Source of the DNA: an uncultured Myxococcales bacterium
GTDB lineage: Bacteria; Myxococcota_A; UBA9042; DTJE01
Length of the DNA stretch: 64,000 nucleotides
NCBI GenBank assembly: GCA_903857665.1
Contig: CAIOFV010000084.1
Coordinates: 16,294-80,293, forward strand
Direction: 5' to 3'
Shown here in pieces: positions 63,200 to 64,000 of the stretch (positions are counted from its first letter, which is position 1; each line of letters starts with the position of its first letter). The notes beneath the pieces are model-generated. The model was not told where the DNA came from. It was given only the letters and a program-made list of their open reading frames with translations, and ran no database searches. Position numbers and translations under genes: made by a program.

Positions 63200-64000
63200 A
63201 TGTCGACCGACGATTTCCTTTCACTGCTGGGATACCCGCTGGTCTTCCTGGCCGGGCTGCACGCACTGCTGGGGTCCATCCTGCTGCGGCGCCCGCTGCG
63301 CCAGCAGTTGATGATCATTCCCGCCGCCGTCACCTGCTGGGCCTTCGCGGCCGCATGCCTGTCCACCGGGCTCGCCTACGTCTATGCGTCCAGCGGGTTG
63401 GACCCGGACCTGCCGTTCCGCATTTCCTGGTGTTCCCTGATCCCCCTGGTTTCCGCCATCCAGACCGTCCTGTCGATCCGCGACCCGGGCAGCCGGGCCG
63501 TGCGGTGGGTCGGATGGATCGGATACCCCCTGGCCGGGACCGTCACGGTCCTCGCGGTGACGACGAACCTCGTCCAGGGGGGCCGGCCCCAGTTGCTCCC
63601 CTTCATCGACAACGTGGGAAGCCTGGGCGAGGTCATCGAGATCGTCGCCGCCATCGGCGCGGCCGTGTTCGCGGTGCTGGCGTGGACGTCGCGAAAGCGG
63701 ATGCCGGACGAGATTCGCGAGCAGGCATCCCTCGTGGTCCGCGGCCTGGTCGCCACCGGCGTGGTGGTGGTCGCATTCGAGGTCGCCGCGCTGGCCGGGG
63801 CGCCGGTGGACACCTCGCTGGCGATGTACGGCTCGGTCTTCTGGGCGGCAGGCATCATCGCCGCGCTGGGTCCCCGCGGCCTGTTCAACCTGGACGTCGC
63901 GGCGGTGCACGTAGCCCTCGTGCTGGGGTGGGGCTTCGTGCTGGCGGCGATCCAGTTGGGATTGTGGTCGCTGCTGTGCCCGCCGCTTCCGGGAGGCCTG
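63200..64000 (+). CDS. Multi-pass membrane protein, probably the N-terminal 7TM region of a sensor (runs off the right edge)
   Basis: I translated it from the ATG at 63200: MSTDDFLSLLGYPLVFLAGLHALLGSILL... It stays open to the window end, with 7-8 hydrophobic segments and a GLFNLD motif after the seventh. Confidence 0.7.
   Translation, partial: MSTDDFLSLLGYPLVFLAGLHALLGSILLRRPLRQQLMIIPAAVTCWAFAAACLSTGLAYVYASSGLDPDLPFRISWCSLIPLVSAIQTVLSIRDPGSRAVRWVGWIGYPLAGTVTVLAVTTNLVQGGRPQLLPFIDNVGSLGEVIEIVAAIGAAVFAVLAWTSRKRMPDEIREQASLVVRGLVATGVVVVAFEVAALAGAPVDTSLAMYGSVFWAAGIIAALGPRGLFNLDVAAVHVALVLGWGFVLAAIQLGLWSLLCPPLPGGL

Overview
This is a high-GC bacterial window, most likely from a Myxococcota-type deltaproteobacterium. 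That assignment is inferred from a MYXO-CTERM-like tail, many Cys-rich lipoproteins and a Hanks kinase. I support about 40 real CDSs; most other ORFs in the track are GC-driven shadows. Housekeeping genes (hrpB, PPi-type pfk, tatD, PBP1A, folD-gcvT-gcvH-gcvPA, ribA, rph, pgsA, Ldh_2) are interleaved with about 27 kb of exported, disulfide-rich repeat proteins. Three loci stand out. (1) A 21-kb co-oriented block (27.4-48.2 kb) behind a well-formed sigma54 promoter and a hairpin-rich ~400-nt leader. It opens with three paralogous signal-peptide-bearing phage-tail-collar fibre genes with different tips and cargo, and no other phage genes lie nearby. (2) A radical SAM/SPASM gene translationally coupled to a lipoprotein with four IAIAP-xDPGP repeats, followed by a D-aminoacylase. 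(3) A butyrate kinase fused to a phosphotransacetylase-like domain that seems to lack the catalytic Ser-Arg pair. A candidate structured ncRNA with 11-bp-phased repeats lies at ~48.2-48.35 kb. I saw no rRNA, tRNA, CRISPR array, transposase or reverse transcriptase. All family calls come from motif recognition by eye; no database searches were run.
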